Assembly: GCF_006345805.1 (NCBI RefSeq)
Contig: NW_021833001.1
Location: forward strand, 1-58,517
Reading direction: 5' to 3'
Length of the DNA: 58,517 nt
Origin: Octopus sinensis
Lineage: Eukaryota
Below are positions 11,657 through 24,247 of the stretch, in pieces. Made by a program: the position numbers and the translations under genes. The notes beneath the pieces were generated by a model. That model searched no databases. It was not told where the DNA came from and worked only from the letters and a program-made list of their open reading frames with translations. Every line of letters begins with the position of its first letter. Position 1 is the stretch's first letter.

Positions 11657-12585
11657 TTCAGTAGTTTTTTTTTATAGCGAGCTTTCACTTCACTACCGAG
11701 CGCAGCTCTGTGTGCCTTGGGTATGTGCTGTGATTTGTGATGCTCTGATGGTTATTGTATGGAAAGTGTTCTGCGTAGGATGTGTGCAGTGCCTAGTAGT
11801 GCAATTTTCTGTATGTTATATGTGTTTGTAAGTCCTGGTGTTTTTGTTATGTATTTGTCTGAATATTTTTTTATCATGCCTAATGCACCTACTATGATAG
11901 GAATTGTTTCTGTTTTCAGGTTCCACATTCTAGTTACCTCTATTTCCAGTTTTGTATTTTGAGAGTTTCTCCATTTCTTTTAGAGACACGTTGTCATCTG
12001 CCGGTATTGATACATCAATTAGAAAGCATTTTTTTCTTCATGATCTCTGACAACTATATCTGGTCGGTTGGCCTTAATTTCTCTATCTTTGTGTATCGGC
12101 ATATCCCAGAGTATGGTTGCTTTCTCGTTTTCTGTGACCTTTTCTGGTGTGTGCCTATACCATCTTTTTTTCTGTGTTATTCCATAATGTTGGCATAGCT
12201 TCCAATGTATGTAGTTCCAACTCTGTCATGTCTGTGAATATATTCCTTCTTAGCCAGGACTGGGCAGCTAGAGATAATATGATTTATTGTTTCTTGTCAT
12301 CTCCACATATTCTGCAGTTACTTGTAATATTTCTTTTCATTACATTTTTTTGGTAATTTCTGGTGGGGAGGCTTTGGTCTTGTGCTGCAATTAAAAATCC
12401 CTCTGATTCTGCTTTGAGTCCTGAGCTTCTCAACCATTGCTGGGATTTTTCTTTGTCTATTTCTTTTGCGTTTAGTGTTAGTGCATTATTTACCATGAGG
12501 GGCTTTTCTTGCCATCGTTTTATCATGGCTCGTTGCTGTTCTATTTTTAGTTTGGATTTCATTTGTTTTATAGCTTTTGTTGTTT
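11657..12585 (-). mobile_element. 5'-truncated R4/Dong-like RLE LINE (CCHC knuckle and restriction-like endonuclease)
   Basis: ORF 12284-12562 has LKAESEGFLIAAQDQSL...CRIC. Downstream frames give ILWDMPIH...ANRPDIVV and IPIIVGALG...IALLGTAHILRR. Embedded in (TAA)n. Confidence 0.9.
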
Positions 12586-12599
12586 CTTCATCATCTTCT

Positions 12600-12644
12600 T
12601 CTTCTTCTTTGTGTTTATTAGGTTGGTATGATTTTCTTCTTCTT

Positions 12645-12732
<88 letters not shown>

Positions 12733-12969
12733 TATTAAGGCGGTGAGTTGGTAGAATCGTTAATGCGGCTGGCAAAATTCTTAATGGAATTTCATCCATC
12801 TTTACGTTCTGAGTTCAAATTTCGCCGATGTCAAATTTTCTTTTTATCCTTTCGGAGTCGATAAAAAAAAGTATCAGTTGTGTACTGGGGTCGATGTATT
12901 CAACAATCCTCCCCACACACAAAAATTCCAGGCCTTGTGCCTATAGTAGAAAGGATTATTACTATTATT

Positions 12970-13005
<36 letters not shown>

Positions 13006-13069
13006 ATTATTATTATTATTATCATCATCATCATCATTATTGTTTTTATTATTATATTACTACTATTAC

Positions 13070-13123
<54 letters not shown>

Positions 13124-13199
13124 CATCATCATTATCATTATTGTTTTTATACTACTGCTACTACTACTACTACTACTACTACTATTATTATTATTATTA

Positions 13200-13249
<50 letters not shown>

Positions 13250-13320
13250 GTTATTATTATTATTATTAATTATTATTATTATTATTATTATTACCATCAT
13301 CATCGTTATTGTTGCTGTTA
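12600..13320. repeat. Compound trinucleotide microsatellites (TCT/ATT/GTT/CAT/CTA) with an embedded SINE B
   Basis: Direct reading of the sequence. Explains the poly-L/I/Y ORFs in the track. Confidence 0.95.
12737..12956 (+). mobile_element. SINE family B
   Basis: Aligns with 11207-11420 and is flanked by ATT repeats. Confidence 0.85.
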
Positions 13321-13391
13321 TATCTGTTTTTATTACTATTATTTTTAGCTCTATATATCTAATATATCTATATACACGTATGTATGTGTGG

Positions 13392-13424
<33 letters not shown>

Positions 13425-13965
13425 TATATGTGTGAGTGTGTGCGTATGTATGTGTGTGTATATACACACAGACAAGCAGACAGAGAAATACACAATCACA
13501 CATGTAAATGCATGTATGTATGTATGTGTATGTATGTATGTATGTATGTATGTATGTATGTATATATGTATGCCCACATGTAGACAAGGCAGATAATGAT
13601 GAGATTTCCTGATCGTCTTCAGAGAGATACAAGAGACCTGTCTAGTTAGGAGCTAATTAATTTAGTGAAATCTTGCCAAAATTATTCAGTTTAACGTGAG
13701 TCAGTCAGCTCTGTCTTCTGTCTGTCTGTCTGTCTGTCTGTATGTCTGTCTGTCTGTCTGTCTGTTTCCCCCCCCCCTCTCTCTCTCTTTCACATACATA
13801 CACTCACACCAAAACACTGTTTATGTATATATCAGATAGTGGAAGCAGGTGAATGGAGAATATGCAGTTAGAAATTATATTTAAGATATCCCCTTCTATA
13901 AGTAGTGAGTAATGGACTGTGTTACTGTGATAATGATAATATTAATCTAGATATCATACATTATG

Positions 13966-14115
13966 AGTGCGGGCGTGGCTGTGCGATAAGAAGCTTGCTT
14001 CCTAAGCACATATTTCCGGGTTCAGTCCCACTGCGTGGCACCATGGGCAAGTGTCTTCTAAAACCTTGTCAGTGGATTTGGTAGACGGAAACTAAATAGA
14101 AGCCTGTATATTATA

Positions 14116-14206
<91 letters not shown>

Positions 14207-14390
14207 GTTTGAAGGCTGATGTTGGAGTATTTACGTCCCCGCAATTTAGTGGTTCGGCAAAGGATACCAATACAATAAGTACCAGTCATTAAAACAAACG
14301 AGTACTGGGATCGATTCATTTGACTAAAGATTCTTCAAAGCAGTGCCTCAGCATAGCCGCAGTCTAATGACTGAAGCAATTAAAAAATAA
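13966..14390 (+). mobile_element. SINE family A with internal deletions
   Basis: Head ggcgtggctgtgcgataagaagcttgc...gggttcagtcccactgcgtggc, internal (TA)n(TG)n, tail cagtctaatgactgaagc. Confidence 0.85.
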
Positions 14391-14462
14391 AGGGTAAAAG
14401 ATCTATAAAAAAATATAGTATACTTGAGTTAATTTTAGCATCGCTTCATAAATATCACCAGC

Positions 14463-15216
14463 GAGGCTGGGAGCTGGCAGAATCGTTAGCACGCCGGGCG
14501 AAATCCGTAGCCGTATTTCGTCTGTCGTTACGTTGTGAGTTCAAATTCCGCCGAGGTCGACTTTGCCTTTCATCCTTTCGGGGTCGATAAATTAAGTACC
14601 AGTGAAACACTGGGGTTGATGTAATCGACTTCACACCTATGTCTGTCCTTGTTTGTCCCCTCTATGTTTAGCCCCTTGTGGGTAATAAAGAAATAGGTAT
14701 TCTGCCGAGGTCGACTTTGCCTTTCATCCTTTCGGGGTCGATTAAATAAGTACCAGTTACGCACTGGGTCAATATAATCGACTTAATCCGTTTGTCTGTC
14801 CTTGTTTGTCCTCTCTGTATTTAGCCCCTTGTGGGTAGTAAAGAAATAGGTATTTCGTCTGCCGCTACGTACTGAGTTCAAATTCCGCCGTGATAGACTT
14901 GTTCTTTCATCCTTTCGGTATCGATAAATTGAGTACCAGTTGCGTACTGGAGTCGATCTAATAGACTGTCTCTCCACCGCCCACTAAAATCTCGGGCCTT
15001 GTGTCTAGAGTAGAAAAGAATCGTTAGCATACCGGGCGAAACGCTTAGCGGTATTCCGTCTGCCGTTATGTTCTGAGTTCAAATTCCGCCGAGGTCGACT
15101 TTGCCTTTCATCCTTTCGGAGTCGATCAAATACGTACCATTTACGCACTGGAATCGATATAATCGACTGGCCCCCTTCTCCAAAAATTTCAGGCCTTGTT
15201 CCTAGAGTAGAAAAGA
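14463..15216 (+). mobile_element. Four-unit tandem concatemer of SINE family B bounded by one 15-bp TSD
   Basis: Four copies of the gactt...tttcatcctttcgg...cga core. The TSD ataaatatcaccagc occurs at 14448-14462 and 15217-15231. Confidence 0.85.
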
Positions 15217-15325
15217 ATAAATATCACCAGCATTGGGAATAGCTTATATAATTGGCGGAGCGATGGGCTAAGCCTTACCCGTATCAAATCTTCCTCGTGT
15301 CATTTCTCTGTCTTCTCATTTTTCA

Positions 15326-15625
15326 GGAGAAGTGGCATAGTGGCTAAAGTATTCGACTCACGATCGTAAGGCTGTGAATTCGATTCCTTGCGGTGTGATG
15401 TGTTCTTGAACAAGATACTTTATTTCTCGTTGCTCCACTCAGCTGGCAAAAATGAGTTTGTAATCAAAAGGGCCAACCTCGAAATTTGTGTCAAGCTGAA
15501 TCTTCCCTCTGAACGTAAAGGGTACACGTGTCTATGGAGCTGGCTCAACCTCTTGAACGTCAGTCTCACAAGCAGGCTTTTCGGTTGGTCCGAGGATCAA
15601 CCGGAACACTTGTCGTCCTAATCGA
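15326..15625 (+). mobile_element. tRNA/CORE-like SINE family C (tail type 1)
   Basis: tRNA-like head, body tgtgttcttgaacaagatactttatttc...cagctggcaaaaatgagt, tail shared with 22113-22322 and 51379-51762. Confidence 0.75.
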
Positions 15626-15655
15626 AGTAGAACCAGGTCATTTTCTTTCTTTCTT

Positions 15656-15695
<40 letters not shown>

Positions 15696-15703
15696 CACAC
15701 ACA

Positions 15704-15840
15704 ACGGGTTTTTCAGCTTCCGCCTACCAAATCCACTCACAAGGCTTTGCTCGGTATTATAGGAAGAGACAAGTGCTCAACATGCTACGTAATGGACTGA
15801 ACCCGGAATCATATGGTCAGGAAGCAAGCTTTTACCGCAC
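15704..15840 (-). mobile_element. Diverged SINE family A 5' half
   Basis: cctaccaaatccactcacaaggctttg...ggactgaacccggaa. Confidence 0.75.
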
Positions 15841-16659
15841 ATATAATATAATATGAAAACCACACATATTTTATACAAGATGGAAACAATCACACTTTCC
15901 AATGGTGTTCGTTTCTGAATATAGTATCCCCCTGCTCCTATTTCTGAAATACTTAATATATCAGTAGAAGGTACTATACATGTAAGTGCCTGAGGACGCA
16001 GCATAAGGAGGGAGTCCTTCGCGCTCATTTTATGAAATTTTGGCATGTAACTGCCGTCACTTAATGCTTCTATCACAATTTACTTTCACCTTTCTGAGCA
16101 CAATCTACTTTCACTCTTTTACGGCTGTAAACTGCATGTTAAGCATTTTAGTCGACTTTGTCGCTTCTATAAGCACTGTAACCTTATACGAAGGGATTTA
16201 AGAGGAATTTCCTCACTGGTACACAAAAGCTCCACTCTCGTCTGTGAATTCTTGTGTTTATAGTATAAACGACATTTCCCGATGTCTCAGCGAAATATCC
16301 GGTTTGAGTGCGCTGCAGTTCTGTAATCCCCATCTCGTAAACCTTATTCTGTGCCTCTATTAGAAATGAATCCCAATTGCAGAGACATTAGTGAAGTGGT
16401 ATCAAATATAATATACCCAGACTAATCCCTTTACACAGTTTTTAGATTTGACTGTATACATTGTGATTTCACATTCCACTGTCTCTAAACAAACGTACTT
16501 ACATACGCGTACGTATGTATGATGCGAGTGCGTACGCATACATACAATACATACATACATACGTACGTACATATATACGTACGTACGTACATGCATGCAT
16601 ACATACATACATACGTACGTACATACATACATATATACATACGTGCATACATATATACA

Positions 16660-16850
16660 TATAAGGAGAGTTTACGAAAAAAATAAAAGACGAAGACAGG
16701 TGGTGTACAAAACAAACAGATGTATTAGTATAACGCTCAGGAATAGAAAAAGTCTTTTACGTTTCGAGCCTACGCTCTTCTACAGAAAGGGACACAGAAA
16801 AAACAAGGAGAGAAAAAATGTGTGTAGTGGCTAACGATCTATCATGGCGT
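16660..16850 (-). mobile_element. Mini-element carrying a hammerhead motif (same family as 58170-58380 and 43900-44040)
   Basis: High identity to 58170-58380 and sits between (TACA)n tracts. Confidence 0.8.
16754..16789 (-). ncRNA. Minimal hammerhead-like motif, A6U core variant
   Basis: CTTT CTGTAGA A GAGC-gtag-GCTC GAAAC GT A AAAG: perfect helices I and II, core CUGUAGA. Confidence 0.55.
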
Positions 16851-16989
16851 CATATACATATATGCATACATACATGCATACATGCATACATATATACATA
16901 CGTGCATACATATATACATATATGCATACATTCCTTACAAGTGCAAGCTGTGAGTGGAACAGTAAAAATATGCGAGACAATAATAATAG

Positions 16990-17248
16990 GATGTGAGATA
17001 GCAAGCTTCCAGGAAGATAAATCATATCTGAAATCACCACGAAGCAGGAATTAAGAAGCCACAAAAACAATGAAAGAAAATTATGTTTTAATGCATGCCG
17101 AGATAGTAAAGATACCGACGACCGCTCGGTTCAAAGTCTCTCTTGACCAGAAACGGCCTGAACTCATTGTATGAGCACCCTCCCTGTCCCCCTACTTGCT
17201 TTTGCTTTTTGAGCTAATAAAAATTGAATTGAATTGAATTGAATTGCA
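16990..17248 (+). mobile_element. 3' end of a CR1-like LINE with (ATTGA)n tail
   Basis: Frame ...PEIVKIPTTARFKVSLDQ resembles the CR1 C-terminal LP..VV.A.S...FK..LD motif. Followed by aataaaaattgaattgaattgaattgaattg. Confidence 0.6.
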
Positions 17249-17715
17249 TCCATATTTATACAAGATCTCTCTATACATGCAAATTGCTGTTTCTTCTCGG
17301 TCTCTCGTTTATACATCAATAATAATTATAAATACAAAAGAAACATCAACACATAATCCATGGGCGTTGTTCTGTCAAAAAGTAAAGACGAACTCATAAC
17401 AAAACCAACTCCCCAAAAAGGTTGGACAGATAATCATGAATACTATGAAATGGTTGGTTAATAATTTATACGCACTACTACTCAACACACCTCCAAAAGT
17501 ATACAGGAATAAACTCATACAGTAAATACCCAATAAAATGAACGAAGCTCATGACATGTGCCATAGAAGTCCGATACTCAACAGAAGAACACAACCTGCG
17601 TTGCAAAAACAATACATAATGGAAAGACTATTAAGAAGAAGACTCAAACCAAACCCCATAACAAAACACATTGGATATACAGGACAAAACAAAGAATGTG
17701 TGTGTGTGTGTGTGC

Positions 17716-17759
<44 letters not shown>

Positions 17760-17834
17760 TTTGCGTGTAAACAAGACCAACAAAATTTTTAAAAAGAAAG
17801 ACAGAAATCAACAACAACAACAACAATAATAATA

Positions 17835-18410
17835 GTCCTGATACAGTACCAGGCACTGGTTCTCATGGTTTCTCGTCTGAACTGATTGGAAGTGTTATCA
17901 TGTACATGTTTTGTCTTGGTATAAAAGATGAGCTACAGCAAATATTCTGCTCAATACCACAGATTTGCTTGTCAGTTGTTTGACCGTAGCAAGTTGAGTG
18001 TGTCCCTTAGTGGCTGACGATATGTGCATCTCTGACCACGAGCAGAAGTAGTGGGGGAACATCATAGCCGTCTGTTGAAAGGACTTCTTAGAGGTTTGGA
18101 TAATTCACCTTTGAAAACATGAGTGGTTCGTTCAATATCCTTAAACAATCCTTATTCAAGGACCTTTTGAGTGGGATGGGCTACTCGACCAGAAGAAAAT
18201 TCTAACTGGGCTCCACCTGCAAGGTCATGCGCTTTTTATCTTGATACGAGATCAGCATGTCGCGCACATATGGTTATGATGCAAGTGCCTGGTGCTCCCT
18301 TATCAGACGGGTAGTCATAATGGATACATTGGGCTTCGTATATTTGAACCCCAGAGTCACTTTGATGGCACTGGTGTACAAATACTCTCCCGTGCTGCTC
18401 CCTCACTCAA
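17835..18410 (+). mobile_element. About 560-bp non-coding interspersed repeat associated with (TAA)n (family T)
   Basis: High identity to 19532-20085 and 35272-35785. All copies are bordered by TAA/CAA repeats. Confidence 0.85.
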
Positions 18411-18421
18411 TAATAATGATG

Positions 18422-18496
<75 letters not shown>

Positions 18497-18849
18497 TGTG
18501 AGTGTGAATAATATGTATATATATATATGTGTGAATGTCCATATATATGTGTGCGTGTGTGTGTGTATGTGTGTGCAATAACTAAATGACTAATACTGTG
18601 ACCGACATCATTACATCACACGAGGAAATAATTTTGAACTGAGACAAACACGCGATCGTGAATGTTTCAAGTTTCATGTAACAACTATTTATTCATTGGA
18701 ACTTATATTACATCATGTTTATATTTTAGTGCGGCGGCGTTAAAAGTCCAAAAATAAAATATGCCGAATAAGATCATGTGATGTATATACGATATCGGGA
18801 GAAAACTGACAAGTATTCTTAAATACATACATATACACATGAATGGTAT

Positions 18850-19260
18850 ATGCGAGGTCTGAGGGGAAAAATGTATTGGGACTATTGCTAGTGTAACGGA
18901 GCAAGTGTATTGTAGAATGAAACTGCTAGACATAGGTTGACCGTGAACTCTGTTGCGCTCGCACACTAAGTTATGACGTTCTCGCTCACATCCGTTGTTT
19001 ACGGCAGTGCTTGAAGTAAAGTGTGTAAAGTGCGGTCGTCTCAAAAATAAGATCTGGTTTCAGCTGAACAGGATCTTTATTGTGTCGAGGAAAACGAAAA
19101 CGTTTTGAAAAAAGGTCATAGCAGGTGACAAATCGTGGGTCTACGGCTATGACTCCGAAACCGAGGCTCATTCTTCGTAGTGGAAGACCTCAATAAGATT
19201 TCAAAATGTCGAGGAAATCCAAAAAAATGCGACGAAGTAGCTGCTTGCAATCTCAGGAAA
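18850..19260 (+). mobile_element. Internally deleted mariner remnant
   Basis: TIR-like tatgcgaggtctga, then the frame VIAGDKSWVYGYDSETEAHSS*WK (first D of the DD34D motif) joined to the C-terminal RFQNVEEIQ. Confidence 0.75.
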
Positions 19261-19261
19261 G

Positions 19262-19470
19262 GAATTCCAGGCACAAAACATGAAATTTGGGATGAGGGGA
19301 CTAGTCGATTACATTGGCGTCAGTGTTTTACTGGTACTCAATTTATTGACCCCGAAAGGATGAAAGGCAAAGTCGACCTCGGAGGAGTTTGAACTCAGAA
19401 CGTAGAGGCAGACGAAATACCACTTAGTATTTCACCCGGTGTGCTAACGCTTCTGCCATCTCGCCGCCTT
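19262..19470 (-). mobile_element. SINE family B
   Basis: Reverse complement of the family B head and core (gaccccgaaaggatgaaaggcaaagtcgacctcgg). Confidence 0.85.
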
Positions 19471-19531
19471 GATAACAACAACAACAACAACAGCAACAAC
19501 AACAACAACAATTATAATAATAATAATAAAT

Positions 19532-20085
19532 GCCCTGATGCAGTACCAGGCAGTGGCTCTCGTGACTTCTGATCTTAACTGATTGGAAGTGTTATCATGT
19601 ACATTGTTTTGTCTTGGTATAAAAGATGGGCTACAGCAAATATTCTGCTCAATACCACAGATTTGCGTGTTAGTTGTTTGACCGTAACCAGTTGAGCATG
19701 TCCCTTAGTGGCTGACGATATATGCATGTCTGATCATGAGCTGAAGTAGTGTGGGAGCATCATAGCCATGTGTTGAGAGGGATTCTTTGGGGTTTGAATA
19801 ATTCACCTCTGGAAACATGTGTTTTGTTCAACATCCTTAAACAACCCTTATTCAGGGATCTTTTGAGCAGGATGGGCTACTCGACCAGAAGGAAATTCTA
19901 ACTGGGCCCCACCTGCAAGGTCATGCACTGTTTATCTTGATATGAGATCACCATGTCGCGCACATATGGTTGTGATGCATGTGCCTGGTGTACCCTTATC
20001 AGACGGGTAGTCATGACGGGTATACTGGGCTTCGTATATTTTACCCCAATGTCACTTTGATCGCATGCACTGCTCTCTCACTCAA
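19532..20085 (+). mobile_element. Family T repeat, apparently full length
   Basis: Begins gccctgatgcagtaccagg after (TAA)n and ends gcactgctctctcactcaa before (TAG/TAA)n. Confidence 0.85.
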
Positions 20086-20096
20086 TAGTAGTAGTA

Positions 20097-20138
<42 letters not shown>

Positions 20139-20140
20139 TC

Positions 20141-20178
<38 letters not shown>

Positions 20179-20204
20179 TAATAATACTAATTATTATTAT
20201 TATA

Positions 20205-20480
20205 TGAGAATGATCCCTGGCTTACCATCCCTGCAAGAAGTGCAAAAGATTGTCTTAACTGATACATCACACGTATTGAGAAGAGCATTGTCGATGTGAG
20301 AACTATTACTACCCATGTATTTTAATTTAACTTAAAAAAAAAAGATGAACGCACTAGTGAGTTTAGTTTCATGGCCTACCAATGTATACTATGAGTTTCT
20401 TTGCCCTAGGAGTCGGGAAGACACTCGGCAAGAAATGGAAGCAAATTTGAAAGAAGAAAAAAAAGGAAGAAAAATAATAA
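20205..20480 (+). mobile_element. 3' end of a second R4/Dong-like LINE family
   Basis: Reads MIPGLPSLQEVQKIVLTDTSHVLRRALSM*, then a 3' UTR and (TAA)n. Confidence 0.75.
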
Positions 20481-20486
20481 TAATAA

Positions 20487-20712
20487 TATGATAAAAAATA
20501 TTCAGACAAATACATAACAAAAACACAAGGACTTACAAATATATATAACATACATAAAATTGCACTACTGGGCACTACACACATCCTACGCAAAACACTT
20601 TCAATACAGTAACCATCAGAGCATCACAACAAATCAGAGCACATACCCCAGGCACACAGAGCTGTGCTCGGTAGTGAAGTGAAAGCACGCTATAAAAATA
20701 AAACGACTGAAT
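20487..20712 (+). mobile_element. 3' end of an R4/Dong-like LINE (same family as 11657-12585)
   Basis: Reverse-complement match to 11657-11880, followed by (TAA)n. Confidence 0.85.
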
Positions 20713-21380
20713 AATAATAATGTTGATGATGATGATGATGATGATGAATGATGATGATGATGATGAATACAACAATGACAACGAAAGATAAAGAGAAAGA
20801 AAAAGGGGAAACGAAAACTACCAACATTTAAAACTATATTTCCTAAGTACCAGACTGTGATATTAGTCCGAATAACTAGACTGAAGTTCCTTTCGTTGTC
20901 ATAAAGAAGTAGCTTCTTTGAAATACGTGTTTAGGAAAAAGAGAAAAATTAAGAGTGTAGAATGAGGAGTCTTTTGATTGGATAAAATGGAAGATCCATT
21001 AACCGTCTGTTGAGGGGGGGGGGTAAAATAGCGATGTGAAACCAACCGTTACAAATTATTGTCAATGAACAAAGACCGAAGGAAACCAGAGCTGAGTAAG
21101 TCTAAACACCGATGGTTTTAGCTTTCCCTATCTGTAGCTTTACAACCATTATACGACTGCCAGACTGTTTAGTCTGGTTTTCCGTCTGACTCCACCTCCC
21201 CCCTTTCTCTCTGGCTTTAACCTTTTCCCCTTGTTTCTGTCTCACTCTCTCTGTTTTTTCTTTTCTTTTCTTTTTCTGTCGGTGTCTCCCCATGTCTAGA
21301 CGTGGGTGGATTTGTTTATGTTCTTACGTAGGCAATAATTTATGCTCATATTCATATGTAGAGGTTGTTGTTTTTTTTAT

Positions 21381-21574
21381 TCTTTTCTTGTTTCAGTCAT
21401 ATGACTGCAGCCATGCTGGAGCAACACCTTAAAAGTTTTTTTGCTTTGTTTTGTCAAAGAGATCGACCCCAAGACCTTATTCTTTGTAAGCCTATTCTAT
21501 CGGTGTCTTTAGCCGAACCGCTATGCTACGCGGACGTAAACTACCAATATCGGTCGTCAAGCGATGGTGGGGGA

Positions 21575-21620
<46 letters not shown>

Positions 21621-22057
21621 ACACACACACACACACACATACACACGCACACACTCACACACATATTTTTCAAAAATGTAACTACACGAGGACTGTTGGT
21701 GATTTCCCCCTCCTTCTTCCTTTTTTTTTTTTGACTTTCCTATGTTTCCTGTTTCCGAAGAAGAGCTTTGCTCGAAACGTAAAACAACCACTCTTTCTTT
21801 CATTCTCTGAGCGTCTCATTAATACTTTGCATGTACCACGTCATCACGTTGTTTTTCTAGTGTTTTTTCTTCGTTTTTTTTTTCATTAACTACATATATA
21901 TACGACAGGTTTCTTTCAGTTTCCGTCTCCCAAATCCACTCACTTTGGTCGGCTTGAGGCTATAGTAGAAGACATTTACCAAAGGTGTTACGCTGTGGGA
22001 CTGAACCCGGAACCGTGTGGTTGGGGAGCAAGCTTCTTATCACACAGCCACGCCTGT
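21381..22057 (-). mobile_element. SINE family A split by a hammerhead mini-element inserted in its internal microsatellite
   Basis: 3' half at 21381-21580, 5' half at 21900-22057, unrelated element at about 21690-21890 in between. Confidence 0.8.
21751..21785 (+). ncRNA. Minimal hammerhead-like motif, U4C variant
   Basis: GTTT CCGAAGA A GAGC-ttt-GCTC GAAAC GT A AAAC. Confidence 0.55.
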
Positions 22058-22112
22058 ACTAAATTTGTGAATGTATGGATTTACGTATCTAATGCCCTGC
22101 TTTAGTTACTGA

Positions 22113-22322
22113 TGGCCCGTGACTTAGGATATTCGGCTCACGATTGTGCGTCCGATTCCCGGCGGCGCATTGTCTCCTTGAGCAAGGCACTTTATTTCAC
22201 TTTGCTTCCGTTCCACCCAGCTGGCAAAAATGAGTTGTACGTGTGATCGAAAAGGTCAGCCTTGTCACATTCTGCCACGCTGGATCTCCCTCAGAACTAC
22301 ATTAAGTGTACGCGTGTATCTG
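22113..22322 (+). mobile_element. SINE family C (truncated, tail type 1)
   Basis: ccttgagcaaggcactttatttcac...cagctggcaaaaatgagtt...ccttgtcacattc. Confidence 0.7.
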
Positions 22323-22361
22323 TGTGTGTGTGTGTGTGTGAGTGTGTGAATGTGTGTGTGA

Positions 22362-22411
<50 letters not shown>

Positions 22412-22502
22412 GCGCGTGTGTATACCTGTGTGTGTATGTATATATATATGCGTGTGTGTATACCTGTGTGTGTGTATATATATTTATGTATATATATATA
22501 TA

Positions 22503-22685
22503 TTGATAAAAATGGTAAGACAACAAAAGAAAGAAAGAGACCTCGATATTATGTAAATAGAGGAATTTATCTGTAAATATAATATGTGACAATTATTCGG
22601 TAGCCATCGATGGCCGGATAACTGAACGAGATGGCAGCGGGAGTTTTATCATGGCTACCGAATAATTGTCACATATTACATTTAC

Positions 22686-22690
<5 letters not shown>
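22503..22690. mobile_element. Mini-element (same family as 40835-41000) with inverted arms and a deleted hammerhead
   Basis: Arms 22568-22607 and 22651-22690 are inverted. The spacer has GATAA CTGAACGA GATG...GGAGT T TTATC and lacks GAAA. Confidence 0.75.
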
Positions 22691-22722
<32 letters not shown>

Positions 22723-22764
22723 ATGTGTGTGTGTGTGAGTGTATATATATATATATATATATAG

Positions 22765-22797
<33 letters not shown>

Positions 22798-22805
22798 TAT
22801 ACATA

Positions 22806-22844
<39 letters not shown>

Positions 22845-23648
22845 ATATATATATATTATATATAGACATACATATAGGCGCAGGCATGGCGTGTACAAAT
22901 GGATGTAACGAGACACTACTCCTTTCAAAATCCTCTTTTGTTGAATCGCGGATTCATTGCACTAAGCGCTCTCTCTTGCTCCTGGCATTGATGATTCTCC
23001 ACCTCATTGAACTGCAGTAGTCTAGTCCCCAACAAAATACTCCAACAATTTCCCGGTACTTTCCGTCCATCCACTTTCTATCGCATGTCTCGTTAGCATG
23101 GCTGACTCTTTCCTCAGACAGAAGCAATGTGTTGATTACTCTAGTCTTGGTGGCTTTGAATTTTCCAGCAATTTTGAATATACATACATAATATATGCCT
23201 GTGTATATATATATATATATGTACCTGGAAAATTATTTGGTATTATTTATTCGCCATTAAATATATTTCTTTGCTACTATGAATCAGAAAATTGTACACG
23301 TTGAATAAACGTGTAATGCGTCCTATTAGGAATTCTTCATGGCAGATAACCATATAATAATTATTTATTTATCATTAATAAGCATTTCCAGATTCCTGTT
23401 ACGTTAAATAATAACTCTGCAAAACAATATTTCCAGAATTTTCAACTCTATAATGTATTTCACATCAACACAGCAACTACAACGGCTACATACCGGATTG
23501 TAATACTGGAGTAAGCAGTTGTGCTTCAAGAGGACACAGTTTGAAACGAGAGTCACAGAAGGTCACCAAATCCTCATCAGTTATCAATCAAGTGCAATCG
23601 GGTCAAATGCAATTTCGTGCCTTAACGAAAATATTGCATCCTCTCTGG

Positions 23649-23682
<34 letters not shown>

Positions 23683-23800
23683 TGTATGTATGTATGTATG
23701 TATGTATGTACGTACGTACGTACGTATGTATGTATGTATGTATGTATGTATGTATGTATGTATGTATGTATGTATGTATGTGTGTGTGTGTGTGTTCCAA

Positions 23801-24247
23801 GAGAAAAACAGTCTTAAATCTCTGAGCGAGATATATGTAGTAAAGTCTATTTGCCAACGTAAAGAGGAAGCCTGCTTAGGACGATGTTACTACTGTTTAG
23901 CCCCAGGAAAATATCTTTTCCAGCTGGCTACCGATACATTATCTTTGTCAGTACACTGTGAGCAAGGGAGCTAATGTTCCCCCTCCAGCCTTAGCGATAC
24001 CTGCAGACCAATGGTTTTTGGATAATTTCCTTTCTTCAGTACAGAACAATCACTGGCTAGAGATGGCAGCCACTCAACCTCTCTCACAGTATATACTTTT
24101 AAAGTGACACACAATCACTGACCTCGTAAGGAGAAAAAACAACTATTTTAAATCTCTGAGCGAGAAATATGTAGTAACAATACTGCATAGTAAAGTCTAT
24201 TTGCCAACGAAAAGTGGCAGTCCTGCTTAGGGCGATGTTACTACTGT
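23801..24247 (+). repeat. Direct repeat of about 95-115 bp (23801-23896 and 24131-24247)
   Basis: Both copies contain taaatctctgagcgag, tagtaaagtctatttgccaacg, ctgcttagg and cgatgttactactgt. Confidence 0.85.

Noticed and set aside
14463-15216. Repeat array as a CRISPR-like structure
   Set aside because: The units are tRNA-derived SINE copies with no unique spacers, and the context is eukaryotic.
15860-16480. Unique segment as a coding exon
   Set aside because: All frames have stops at short intervals and no recognisable domain.
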